Assembly (NCBI GenBank): GCA_046563655.1
Contig: CM102290.1
Location: forward strand, 10,478,001 to 10,542,000
DNA length: 64,000 nt
Direction: 5' to 3'
DNA from: Yuukianura sp. NJ FZ-2021
Lineage: Eukaryota
The first letter of the stretch is position 1. The number at the start of each line of letters is the position of its first letter. Below, one piece after another: positions 25,101 through 37,906 of the stretch. The notes beneath the pieces were generated by a model. It ran no database searches and was not told the origin of the DNA. It saw only the letters and a list, made by a program, of their open reading frames with translations. Both the position numbers and the translations under genes were made by a program.

Positions 25101-25565
25101 GTATTTTTTCATAATTCTACTTCATGTTTCACAATTTTTTCGATTATGAAATGATTTTCAGGTATAAATTTGGATGATGTGAGTTTTAGGTGTAAATAAT
25201 GAAAAAACGAAGACAATCAAAAAATTTGAAGTTTTAATCGGAAGTTGAAATTTAAAACTGCGCGTGCGATTTTAGATTTTGAGCTTTTTGTTGTAGTTCC
25301 AAACTTTTTTTTAGTTTTAAACTTTACTTTTGTTGAAACTTTTTTCAATAAAAGGTTGTGGATTTTAGAAACTACTGGAAAGGAAAATTTGGAGGTGGAA
25401 GTTAGAAATTTGACCTTGGACCGGAAATTGATCAGAAAATATAATTTTTTGAAAATTCTCATGTGCTTACCAAATGATTTGAATGAATCCTAAGCAAATA
25501 CTTGGCACAAACAGGTCATCGCTCCCAACACTCCAACGACGTCCAAATGCCACCAACCCGGGCAT
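10112..25565 (-). CDS. DAGLA: sn1-specific diacylglycerol lipase alpha (inaE-like)
   Basis: Exons 25565-25471 (MPGLVAFGRRWSVGSDDL), 19398-19172, 18921-18820, 18105-17916, 17222-17138, 17053-16919, 16677-16478, 16395-16182 (SIRGTLSL), 15015-14938, 14624-14401 (GHSLG nucleophile motif), 13141-13000 (GKDLVPR), 12901-12654, optional 12324-12301, 11859-11730 (DHMP) and 11563-10112 (long Ser-rich tail). All introns are GT-AG and phase-consistent. Confidence 0.95.
12301..12324 (-). CDS. 24-nt frame-preserving microexon of DAGLA
   Basis: ttgacAG|GATAAAATACGAATCTGTTTGGAG|GTgagt, phase 2/2; inserts IKYESVWR between HHPKKDE and RILKKEP. Confidence 0.7.
21096..21292. mobile_element. MITE with 8-bp TSD (hAT-like)
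   Basis: 21-bp TIRs CAGACCTGCCAAAAATATTTA / TAAATATTTTTGGCAGGTCTG, flanked by identical ATAATTAG (21088-21095 and 21293-21300). Lies in DAGLA intron 1. Confidence 0.9.
22010..22296. mobile_element. Decayed MITE of a locally dispersed family
   Basis: Ends TGAACGGAAAC... / GTCCATAAGTTTCCGTTCAC; related ends at ~24277-24437 and 44687-44791. Confidence 0.4.
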
Positions 25566-27931
25566 TTTTCAACTGTTCAAATTCCTCCGGCGGCCGTTTC
25601 TCAATTAAACAGTTTCAAAAATATTTTACGAAAAACCAACAGTTTCAGCAAGACTCTAGCCTAACATGTGCCATTTGTAGAGAAAAGTTGCTCAAAAGAA
25701 GAGAGAAGCTGTGCTGTGTAGCACTTCACTTTCTCTGTGTCTACTTTTGGTGAAAGTGACGCTGGAGCTGGATCCTGCTCCAGCAGGCTCCGATTTGAAA
25801 CTGGAGTTGAGAAGAACTGGTGCTGTTGGAACTGGAGCTGGAGATGTACTTTGGCTTAGAGAGCTCAGCGCTGGAAGCTGGATGCTGGATGGAACGTAAT
25901 AGCATAAGCAGAAACAGGCTTTTTCGGCTGGAGAGGGAAAATTCAAACCAATTTTTGTCAGACGAGCTTTTCTAGTCCCGTTTTTTGGATTTGAAAACTA
26001 GACATGAGTCATATACAGGCTAAAGGGATAACAAGGGATGTCCCCACGTTTTCATTTTGCATAGATTAGTTGGTTACGTTGTAAGGAATTAATTTTTTGT
26101 AGATATTGTTTTTCAGATTTTTTTTTTGGAAAATGTTGTGTAGGAAATAAGACCAGTAGCGGAGAATGGTCAAGGATTTTTGTAAAAAAAAGAAAAAAAA
26201 AAGAAAGTGCTTTCATGACATGCCATTAATTACATTAGAGACACAACTTCTGGAAGTGTTGGGTCCCTTGGAATTTGAAGCGGATGCAGCTAGTCCTGTT
26301 CTTTTTTACCAATGAAGACTGCTGCTGGTCAACCATAGAGTTTATTTGGAAGGAAAACAGCTTGGAATGATTGGTTCGTCGTAGGCGCAACTGCGAATTT
26401 GATTGGTCACGCTCCAGCTTAATTATTCAACTCAACTTCAATTTATACTTTGTACAACGTGGTACTACAAATAAAATGAGGTTGCGCTGGACGCAACTCG
26501 AGATTCTACAAATCATCATCATGTTATGCAGATGCCTGCAGCTCAAATTTGTTTGACTAAAATAAGTCAAATCGAGCGTTGACTGGTCACATCTGGAAAT
26601 AACACGTTTTTTTTTTTTGGTTTAAAAATTGTTCCAACTTGCGTGGATTTTAATTCCGCATAACTCGGTATAAACGTCTTGTGGTTTTCTGCAAATACTT
26701 TCATACACTATGATTTTACTTGCAGCTATGTTTAAGATTGCGCTCGCTGCAGGCTGCAGTTTGTTATAGACTTGCGCTTCTGTTCACACGAGAGCCCAGC
26801 ACCGACTTTAAGTTTGAGGTTACTTTCTCACGAGAGAAAGTTTTTTGAAAAGTTCGGTGGACCACCGCCGCCGCATCTCCTCCAAAAAACCGTGGAAAAG
26901 CGTGAAGATGATCAGCAGCACTTTGAAGCTGCCTCCAGAACTCCATGGACTCGTCCGGAATTTTATTTACCAAATTAATATCCCTCTGCTACCCCAAGCT
27001 TTCACCCCTCTCCCCTTACCACTCCCCCCTTTCATGCCCGCCTCCTCTGCCATTGTTATTCTTTACTTCCGCACAATGTACAAGTCTGACTTGTACACGA
27101 ACTTTGTACTGGATTTCGACCCGAGAGAAAGTTGCGGAAGAAATGTCAGCGGAGAAAGTGGTGAAACTCGGATTTGAATAGGAGCTAAACTAACGTTGTA
27201 ATGTTGTATGTGAGCACTCTTTCAGCGCGGGAAGAGAAAATATTTGAATTTTATCATAGAAAAGGTAAACAAACCAAAAAATTAACAGTCTTGGACGGTC
27301 TCACACTTTAGGTTCCGTCAAAAGTTTCTGCTTGTAAACTACTACTACATGCGAACTGGCCGTCATTTGCTAATGTGACACTTTACTGTGTCTAAAGTAG
27401 TTTTTTAATTCAAACAAAAATTAAGCATTAGTAGGTAGATGGTTCATAGTAAAGTATTTTCTTTTTTCTTACATTTTGAACATTCGATAGACATGTTAAG
27501 GCTGAAACGGCTTTTCGGCAATACCTAAACGACCAATCGTTATAGACTGTTCAGAGGGCAAGGAAAAGGTTTTCCAATACATATGCCTTTAGTAAGAAAA
27601 TTTATTAACTAAATACTAATTACTTCCTATTTATTTAACTAACCCATTGTTCTTAGGGTTAACGTCAGTTATTAGGCATAAAGCGGAAGTTGACAAGCAT
27701 TGTACAAATTTCTGGTTTCCTTCTAGCTGTCAACCATTACACTCGGGGTTCGCGTTCGGGGAGCATCCATTCTTCAAACAAAGGCGGGTGAGAATATACT
27801 AATACGAACTACGTTATGAATTTACAAACATAATAATTTGTATTTTTTTTATGTAAACGAAAAGGTTGCTGAACGGGTTGTGACCTGGAAGAACTGCGAT
27901 TTGTAATAAACCAGTCGATCTTGAGAAGTTA

Positions 27932-28836
27932 ATGGAAATGCAGAACCAAATGGGTGGCAGAGTACCTCATATGATGATGATGGGTCAACATCCGCAGATG
28001 ATGGGTCAAGGCCCTCATCCTGGCATGGGTCCTGGACAAATGATGGCTGGCGGAATGCAACCTTCCACACAAATGCAACCACATCCGACCCATCCAATTC
28101 CACATCCAGGGTTACAGGCTCAGCAGCAGCAACAACCTCCTCCGACACCAGGGGCAGAGCAGCCAAAGTTAGACAATATTTCCAGAGCCAAGGCCCTTGT
28201 TCCTACGCTGAAGGAACTCGTATCGGTAAGCGAAGTGCTTCAACACTAAACAATCAGCTTGATTTATTCTGCAAAGAAAGTGTATATCTAATACTGAAAC
28301 TTTGTTATACAGAACGTGTTCAGAACGGCTGCAGAGGCTACGTATGCCAACAACTTGGTAGACAGTGGAACGTAAGTTTATACATACTAATGCCTTATGC
28401 CAATACTTACACATTAGAATTCTAGGGTATGGATCAGTCATTCGTTAATTGACAATCTCCTGTACTAGGAAACCAGTGGAATGTGATCCCAATAAGTTTG
28501 ACAAGGCCTTAGAAGAGTTCTACTCCGTTTGTGATCATATGGAGATGCATCTTGTAAGATCCTTCAATGACAGTAGCCAACAATTCATAATTTAGTACAT
28601 GCTAAATACGTAATTATTCTAATATATTGGTTACTTCGTTTTTATAGAAATCGTCCATGGAATGTATCACTCAAGGCAGCATGTCCCAACAGAATCTATC
28701 AGCCAGTGTCAGTCAAACCAAAATGGACGGTACCCTGAGCTATCCTGAATTTGTCGGTGTCGTACAGTCTCAGATTTCTTTTGCCCGTGATGTCCATGAT
28801 GCTCTCGCCGATGCTGCCCAGAAGTTACTAGACTAA
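27932..28836 (+). CDS. MED29: Mediator subunit 29 (intersex)
   Basis: Exons 27932-28225, 28313-28371, 28469-28553 and 28648-28836. An M/Q/P/G-rich N-terminus is followed by KLDNISRAKALV...KFDKALEEFYSVCDHMEMHL...LSYPEFVGVVQSQISFARDVHDAL. Confidence 0.93.
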
Positions 28837-29907
28837 AAATTGCCAGTAACTTCAAGAGTTTCGAAACTAACTTTGGAATAACATCTCAACTTTATCTAAA
28901 CTACGATTAATAGTTAAGTCCAGTTTCAGCAATTCGTTAAACTGCTGAAATGCAATTCTTTAAATTCAAATCCTTCCTCCAAGTTTATTTCGTAAAGTTT
29001 GCATAAAGTCATTTCGTGATTTACAAGGTTTTCCATTACAAAAAAATAAACATCCATTTTGTGTTTAGTGAATTAGCGCAAACGCACTCGGGAAGTGAAG
29101 GGACTAGTCACGAAAATGGAAGAAAAGTATTAGGGGAAAGGCAAGTCACGCGTGCAAGCATAAAATCCGTAAGTATAGTTGCGAATGCTGTTAATTAGTT
29201 GCAGTAATTAGTAATTACGCACACAAAATGAACACTCTCCAGAGAATGGTCGGTTAAAGATATCAATCAGTCGCCATAGAGGCATGATTAACTGGACAAC
29301 TAAAACTAAACACTAAACTAATTGAACTAAAAACTATTTGAATTAACGCAGTTATAAACGACTCCCACTGTTGAACTTCCACCATATTTTAGTGTAGAAA
29401 CAACTGTCGTTTTATGCTGAAACGATTAATCGCATAAACAACAATCGTTTCTGCGTTAGTTAAATTCAGATTTCCAGATGACCTTGAGATTAGTCTCACT
29501 TACTAAACAGATCCTATTGTGGTTGCAATAACTTAAGTTAACGTATGATTACTGCCCTTAATCACTTAAAACTCGTAATACCATGATGTGTGTTAGATCT
29601 AGATCTCAAGGTTAGTTTGACGATCCGTCAATCCAGGAGTATCACAGTACAAAACACGCTAAGAAAAGAACAGAACTATTGGAAATGAATTAATCGTGAC
29701 ACTTAAGGCTTAGACTCCAGACTGCGCAGAAATGTGAACGTTAGCTTACCGTTTTCATTCGCGAATTGTCATTTTTAGTGTAATATAGACGTATTAATTT
29801 TTGTTCTGTTAGTATTTGGTAAGCAGATTCAATGGGTTAGTGGCAGTTATTTAGTTGGTTTTGAATTTTGATGAAGTTTGATTATTTACGTTTTGCTGCT
29901 TGTTCTT

Positions 29908-32541
29908 TTAGTTGATTCCATCTGGCAATTGAGCCTGCGCTTCTTTAACGCGTTTGTTGTCCTCTCGTCGTTTCTTAACATCTTCTTCATCCTCCTCAAA
30001 ATCCCGTCGAAGTTCTTCCAAAAGCTTGTCCAAGTCCTCGTCCCTCTTTCCGTCATTGTCTTCTGAGTAGCGTGGTGGTTTGATCGATCCATCCACAATT
30101 CCATGGTAAAGTGGGTTGTAGACTCGACGATTGTGATTGATGAGACGATAAAACTGGGTCAGCGTTCCGTACACCTCGTGGTGAATAGTTGCAATTCCAG
30201 CTGGCATAGCTATTGGATACGCCCAACGAGCACAGACGACTTCGTCTATGTACTCATGAAGTCGTTTCACTGCAAATCAAACATACCAATCAACTAATTA
30301 GTAGACTAGCCAAACAGGAGATTTATGATAAATACCGAATAAGATGAGTCTTACGCATGAGGTTGTGAACTTTATGTTCCGGTTCTTTGATTTCCAGAAT
30401 GCAACTTCGGATTTTCTGTTTCTCGCTCTCACTGATGTCTCTTTTTTGTTTTACGCTGATCGCTTCATTGATCAAAACACACATTTCTTCAGCAATTCGA
30501 AGAATGGCTTCGGTTCGCTCCCTGTGAAAACGAAAAAAAAAACGAAAATGAAAAGATGAAAACGAAAGGACCGTTTGTGACAAAAAAAAAGAACGGACGG
30601 CATGCTTACTCGTCGGTCATCATGTCGTTCGTGCTGACGATAAGTTTGAGATGCTTCTTGGCCTTTTCTCGAAGCTCATGTACAAACCGCTCGCCAAAAT
30701 GTACCTGCAACACGACACTTGCCTCCAGAATAGCAGTGCCAATTAGAGCAAGTCGCTTGATCTGCAGAGCCATTTCGTGCAACCGAGCAGTGTCCAACAC
30801 CAAGGTCTGAAATACGCAATGCAAATGTTTGTTAAGCTATTGGCATTGGATGTTAGGTAACCTATAACTTATGTTATCTCTCAAATAGTTGTTAATAATT
30901 AAGGTTTCTTTGGCTACTTTAAGTACCTCCGGCCAGGGATGGGTCTCATTGTAATTGAGCAACTCTCCAAATGCTTTGGCAACGACAATTCGTGGCTCCC
31001 GATCCTCGGCTACATGTCGCTTGAGCCAAAGCCGCGTAGCTTTAAGCCCGTCATCGTGCAGACGGTATTCCAGGTCGAGAAATTCAGCAAACTTGGTTCG
31101 TTCGTAGTGGACGCAGTATTTAATAATCAGAGGACGTGTCTGTCGAAGAACGAAGTTCGCCATGTCCAACTTCATTTTTTCAATTAGGTCAAAAATTGCT
31201 CTTAAAACTTGTCCGATTGTTTTCAATTCTCTCATAGCCCTCACATCGCCGTCACGAGCGGGAGAGCAGAGGTTGCCGAGCGTATCAATAATGAATGATG
31301 CGTATTTCTGCCAACAACAAATAACGACTACAATATTGATGGTTACAAAAGCTTTGGTTTGAAAATACTTCTTACACGGAAGTCCTCTGGATTAAACGCT
31401 CGGTTCTCAATTTGTGTAACAATTTGTTCAATGTCGAGTGTTTCCTCAATAACCTGTTTGATTCGTCGGTGTTGAGGAAGTAAGATTCCAAGCATTTCCT
31501 TATAACCAAAAACGTAATTTTTATATTGTTAAATTCAGTCCTAATCAATTAACAGAAACTTACTTCTTTTACTTCTCCAAGAATTTTGGCGGCCATAACA
31601 TAATTCGGGGTAGTTCCTTTGTGGAAAATTTCTTCAAAACGGGCCCAGTATGCTTGTTTCGCCTGCTTGTGGACACGGTAAGCCAAACTGTAAATGTACA
31701 AGGTTATAAGCATCTATTTCGGAACATCCGATAAAATGCTTACTTAGGTTTCTTTTTGTGTTACCCTTCAGGTTCTGGCATACATTTTTCCAGGTCGAAA
31801 TCGTCGTTGATGCAAATCTCATGAGCCAAGTACATGTTAGCAAATCCATTCATGGCTCTCTGAATTTCGTCACGTGGGATTCCGAGAGGATTCTGTACAA
31901 AGTATTCAGAAGGAGGTCGAGAAGGTGGGTTGTTTCGACTAAAATCCTCCGATGGAGTAAGACCTTGTGGTACATCGTCTGTCTTCGGCATATGTAGAAG
32001 GTTGATGTCGGATCCAGCATGATGGGTGAAAGACGGCGTTAATCCAAAGGCGGAAATGATACTTGCTGCCATGTCCCTGATAGCAGCGTCATCCTCAGCT
32101 GTACCTCCATCCTGCCGACTTGCGCCAAGTAGCTCGGGTGGCAAGGGACATAGGTAGTTCCAACAGCTCTCACTCGGCGATTCACTGCAAGTCGCATTCT
32201 CCGTTGAAGAAAATTCGAATTCATCTTCTCCTGTTCGTCTTCGTGTATCATCTTGCTGATCACTCTGGAATCTATTCAAAGAAGATAATTACATCTGAGT
32301 CAACGAAATTGGTATGTTTTCGCTTTATGTTCTCGGAAAATCTCGTGATTTTGACTTACCGAGTGAGAGGTCCCTGTAACTTTTTCCCCAATTGGTGCGA
32401 AAATTCCGTGGAATTTTTCGTTAGTCTATTGGCCTCCTCTTGTGTGGTAGGTTCTGCTGATCCTGCAGCGGCAGCTTCCTCAATTGTAGTCTTAGTACCC
32501 TTGTCGACATCTTCAGCATCTTGAGTTTTCTCCATTTTCAT
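29908..32541 (-). CDS. TCP11L: T-complex protein 11-like (TCP11/Sok1 family)
   Basis: Exons 32541-32360, 32271-31765, 31687-31564, 31498-31376, 31307-30927, 30806-30610, 30521-30355 and 30269-29908. Family motifs include NMYLAHEICINDDF, LCSPARDGDV, MKLDMANF, WPETLVLD and LINHNRRVYNPLY. Confidence 0.9.
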
Positions 32542-35151
32542 TCAGTTTTTCCGAAGGATGGTCTATCTGCAACAAAAAAATCGAGTCAGTAGTCAATTTT
32601 TTGTTTTCAAAATATATATAAGCGTATATAATATATAATATGTATATTCGTAAGTGATAACATATATAGTATGTAATTGGCGGTGAACATACAGTAGTTA
32701 TTTAAATAATAAGTCAATAGATATATAGCATGCGAACACACACTATAAAGCAACAGTTACACATCTTGTTTTGCTTCGCAAACGTATACAGGACAAACCG
32801 AATTGTTATGATAAGCAATAACCTAAGTAACCGCAACTACACCACAACGTTACTTTTTAAAACTCGGATTCGGTTTCGCATCAGCGGTTATGGTTGCGCT
32901 TCCCTGTCCCTTTCGTCCTGCGTAAATTAGATACGATAAATCAAATAAAACAAGAACTGATAACTTACTTAGTTTCCTTCTTTCCTTTGTTTCGATTCAC
33001 CACCCAGTGACCTAGTCATCCAGTCTTCCCTTCCAGTTAAGTCTTCTGATCGATCAATTCAAACTCCTGAAGTACCTGAGGATATGATGCAGTAAAAGGT
33101 CAATGACCAATCCAACGACAACTGATGAAACCAAACTATTTCTTGAAGTCCAAAATAGAAATGTTTGGAGAAGTTGGTTTGCTTTTGTGTACACAAATCA
33201 GATGGTGGATGAGTAAACAAATGCGGAAATCGCTCCCACGGAAGACAGTCTGTGCCTATTGTGCTAAGCAATGAGTTTTAACTTTTATAAGAAGTCGAAG
33301 TTAATAGGTCATAAAAAATCACTGAATTAAACCTAATGTCTTTAATATTTTTTTGCGTTTTTCTTCTAATAACAGGACAAACACGACAAAAGTCAGTAAG
33401 AAATTTTTTTTTGGAAAAAAGAGAAGGGTACATTTTATTTCGGACAGTAAAATTGAGCCATTGCTTTTGGCTTTATAAAAAATAAATTTTAAGTTGAGTT
33501 GTAATACTTATTATATTTTCAGATGCTAGAATTTTGCAGTTACTCCAACGGTAAATTAAAACAAAGTTTCTTCAAACTATAAAACTTTCAAAATAAACGT
33601 TAAGACAAAAGAAGAAAAAATTGTCTTTTTTGTCCATTTTTTAACTCATATAGCCACGGCAAGTTATTTGATTTAAAGGATTTTGTGCTCATCATATAAA
33701 ATTAATTAAACAGTAGTTAACATTATGAAGCAACAACAGCCTCCGAGGAGCCACGCTTACGATGAGTGTAATGGACTGAATATATTTAAGAAGCCCCTCC
33801 TTCTTTTCCCAACCGCAAGCTTGTAAACTCCTCCCACCTAATGCACCAGATACAACTACAACACGCAAGCGCTTGCAATTCTTTGTTGCCTAGAGGCCAT
33901 GGCCATCTTCAGCATTCCATGACGTTTGGACTTTGACTTTTTGAACTTTTCGCAAATGAGGAGAAGGGGTTAAGTGAGTGAAAAAAAATTTTTTTATTTT
34001 TTTTTTTGAAAATTGGAAACTCTACCCACTGCACTATTTGTCTGATCCAGAAAAAAACTTTTTTTTTTGCCTACTTCTTCGAAAAAACAAAAAAGAATCT
34101 CTTTTCTCCTTTTTACGACTTTTCAACTCATTTCCCATCGTTTTCCGCAAAAATAAAACTTTTATTTGTAGCTTTGAAATTTCCATGTTTAATTGCGTTT
34201 GCTGTTTATTTTCGGAGGATATTATTTACTGAAAAAAAAAACGGTCCAACAACTTTAAGTGTGAAGTGTGCTGCAAGTTAAACTCAGCATCAGGTTAATT
34301 ATTCCCCTTTAAAGTTTGACTTTACACAGGTACGAATTGTCACCTGAAATTTTTTCAAAATTTGGTGTGGGTGGATATGGCATGAATGAAGCAGTTTTTG
34401 GCGTGGGCTTTTGTTGCCGTGGGGTACGGACGATGATGGCACTTTTTGGATCATTTCTTGATCGCAATCGCAATCGTCTTCTGTCTCTCGAACGAAGTTG
34501 TTCGCTTTCAGTCACGTCGTGCTCCTCGACCTGAACGTAGCGACACATTACGTGCTTCATCTGCCGCACCGTTGAAGGTCGTGCTAAGCATTCAGATATT
34601 TAAAAAACCGAATTCGAAATTACGGGATCCAAAGTTGGTACGTTTGCATCTCTAACTCCATTTCATTTGCTTTCTCCAAAGATTCGAAAAAATTGTTGCG
34701 GTATTGAGATCTTTTGAAATTAGACAAAAAAACATTAGTAAAAACACAAAGCTTTCAAAGAAATGTTTGCTTTTGCTGAAATCACGGACATTATGAGTTT
34801 GTTTTTTGACATAACATTTTAAAAAAAAGTGGTAAAAGTATCCAGAGGAATGCAGAAGATGAGGATATGTCAGTTAATCTATATTGAAATCGATTAGGCT
34901 CGAGGATTTGTCCGTGCGGACTCCAGAAAATTTTGGCTAAAAAAATCAAAGCAGAAACACGCCAAAAAAATTCAATTTAATTTTGTTTTATTCATAAACG
35001 AATTGCTTCGACAGTTAGCTTAAGTTTAAGTATTGACTTCTGGGGTCAGAGAAGAAAAAAAATTTTTTGCGAACTTTTGTCCAAATTTTGAAACATTTTG
35101 GACAGCATGCTTGTATATGTTAGAGTAATTGGTTAGTTTTTCATGTTCCTC

Positions 35152-35176
35152 GTTCCAGGACATTCCTGAAGGTTCT
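35152..35176. promoter_or_regulatory. Possible heat-shock element
   Basis: gTTCc-aGGAc-aTTCc-tGAAg-gTTCt (one mismatched unit), followed by TATAA at ~35184. Confidence 0.35.
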
Positions 35177-36329
35177 AGTTTAGTATAAGGTCGGACAAAG
35201 GAGAAAGTTTAAGACTTTTATTAATGGGTTTGTGCTTGCTCACTGTTACCGTGAAAATCCGTACCAAGCTACCGCTCCAATTTCCCACTTTTTTCAAAAA
35301 CTTTCTATAGTAAGTTTCGCCGAAGTTCCACAGTTTCAAAAAAGTAAAGGCATAAGTTCAGGCTTAGCCGTTGACTCTTGACCTTTTTCCGAAATTTAGT
35401 GACGTCGAGCTTCCAAAACCGAAAATAATCATGGAAATTTGAAAATCGTTTCACAATTTTTGGGGGAAATTTAAAGTTCGAAATTTTATATAGTAATATT
35501 AATAAAATTAAAATTACAAATAATCTGGGTGTGTTATTTTATGTGTTAGTAATTACTTCCGCTATTCTACTTTCGTGTACAGTAAAACACGACCAAAAGA
35601 GGCAATAATAATCTGCTGAAGAATTCAATTGCCAAGTTTTACACCCACGCGACTTCACTCGCGAATTTAAAGGATTTTTATGTGTAATGTCACCTCAATT
35701 CAGCTTGAGTGACTTTATGGCTTATGTTTGACTTACCTTCAGGAAGTAACCTGAAATAAACTAAAGTAATCTAAACCTTTGACCTCTATAGACTTATTTC
35801 ATGTGCATGATTTTTAGATATCATAACATTGTAACTGAAACCAAATATCGATTTATCATTTTAAGATGTTACTCGACTGCATCACAGTTGAGATTTGCCT
35901 TTTGAAGTAATAACTTAAGTTGATGTCTAGAAAATCTTAAGTTAGTAAGTCACGCAAAACGTGATGTGTCACAAAGTGATTGAAATTTTTGAAAAAATAT
36001 TATCTATTTTTTGTCTACATTACCTCAGACGTTATTAGTTGGGTGCCAATTTCACAACTTTATTTTAAATTCTACTCGCACAGGATGTAGCAAATTTTTG
36101 TTGAGTTAATTACTAAAGTTAAGTTCTATTGTCATTCAAAGATCCTACAAATTGGTCCTCCGCCCATCTTAGGGCAGACTTTGTTAGTCAGGCTAATAAG
36201 TTGCGCAATTGTTTTTGAACAAAAAATTGCAAATTCAAATTCGCGCTGAATTTCCAATTAAGAATATGACCACGTCCTCCTCTTCTAGAATGCATATCCT
36301 GTCTTTTCGTGCAGGTTTTGAGATGCAAA

Positions 36330-36672
36330 AAGTTACAAGATAGAGAAGCAAACGTCAAAAACTCAGACAGCAAAAGACAAATCATGGGGAGACAAAATCC
36401 AAATAAAAAAGGCAAAAAGGGAAAAGTTGAAAGTCAAACAGCAGTGGGCAATTAGGCAAAAAAGGAAGAGAGCAAAACCTATGGAGAGGCAAACGACGTG
36501 CAGGACAAACAGCAAAATGTATTTGGCAAAAAGGCAAAAAGTAGAAGGTGGTCAAAAAATACAAGACAAAACTTAATGTGGTCAAAAGAAGAACAACGAA
36601 TGTGTCGTGTAAAGAACAGAAAGTACCTAGAAGACAAAAGACAAAAAAAATTAAACAAAAAGGCAAAAAAAA
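36330..36672. repeat. Low-complexity (G)GCAAAA/ACAAAA-rich tract
   Basis: Irregular reiteration of ggcaaaaa/gacaaaa; accounts for the spurious Phe/Leu/Cys-rich minus-strand ORFs. Confidence 0.6.
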
Positions 36673-37906
36673 AATGAATCAATTTTAATAGTATTGATCC
36701 AATTTTCCGTTTTCTATGTGCACCAAGTATGAATATGAAATAGAGCACCATGTATGTCTCTATCTCCTATTTGATTCCAAGTGCCACAGTCGTAGAGGTC
36801 ATCTTTATGTCTGAAGAGGGACTTTATTGGTAAACTTCCTAAAGAGGTCATGATGCATAGTTGGGCTTCTCAGACCATTTAAGGTCACAAACGTGCTCTG
36901 CCATCATCACAGCTTCAAATGTCCATTTATTTGCACTTCTCCCAAATTGCGCCAATTGCAGTTGAGGCCGGCTTCACCCATTGTGTTTTCTCTGAAGTGT
37001 CACGTTTGTAACCCAACTCACTTTAAGTACTGCAATTTTGAATCGGTTCATAATTACCACTTTTTGTCTACGAAAACAGAAATTGTTTTTTTTTTTAAAG
37101 AAATCGTAGACGCAGACGCCCGAATGAAAAAACAAAGATTTAAGGCCACAACGCCCACGTACAGATTCGCCTCTTCAATTTTTTTTAAATAAAAAATTGA
37201 AAACTGCTGAGCTCATCCACTCAAACGCGCGACTTCCGAATTTTGCCTGACGCGACAATGCAACGGGGCGAGAAATTTTAAGTTGTAATGGAATACGGCG
37301 GAAATCTTGTAAATTGATACTTTGACATCGTTTGCCTTTCAGGTTCTGGCACCCAGCGTTGACTAACTTTGACGGAGTGTTGTCGTACCCTACGGTGTCA
37401 TAATTTGATGCAAACATGTAATAAGCTCAAAGGTTATGAATGAGTGACTGACAATTGTGGTGGTGGAAATCCTTGTAAGGAAAGGATTTTTTTTGAAAAG
37501 TCAAACCCACGAAATGCTTCAATTTTTTCTTCATTTTTGGAAAACGTGATTGGTTTGGTATCATTTTGAGTTGAAAAGGTCACGGAATTTTAATTTCAAC
37601 TGGAAGCTTACGAAGTTTAATTTCAAACTGGAAGGTCATGAATTTTTTTTCTGCCAGCTAGACATCAGTTTTCTGTAAACTTCAAAATCTACTCCAAATA
37701 ATCAATATTTTTTAAAAAGTCATTGGAGAATGGGGATTTTGAATTTTTTCATATGATTTTAAGTTCATTATTTCATACGTTTCATGAAGAAACTTTTTTG
37801 AAAATTGAAAAGATGAGTTTGAGTTGAAGTGGCAGTGGCAAGTAATGCTCGCAGGCTTGAAATTTTCGGTGTCAAAGTGTCAATTTTCTTTTTCGAAATT
37901 TTAGAA

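Noticed and set aside
34309..34569. 86-aa minus-strand ORF upstream of TCP11L
   Set aside because: No homology recognised, and it cannot be linked in frame to the gene.
36188..36751. Hydrophobic Phe/Leu/Cys-rich ORFs
   Set aside because: They are translations of the low-complexity CAAAA tract.
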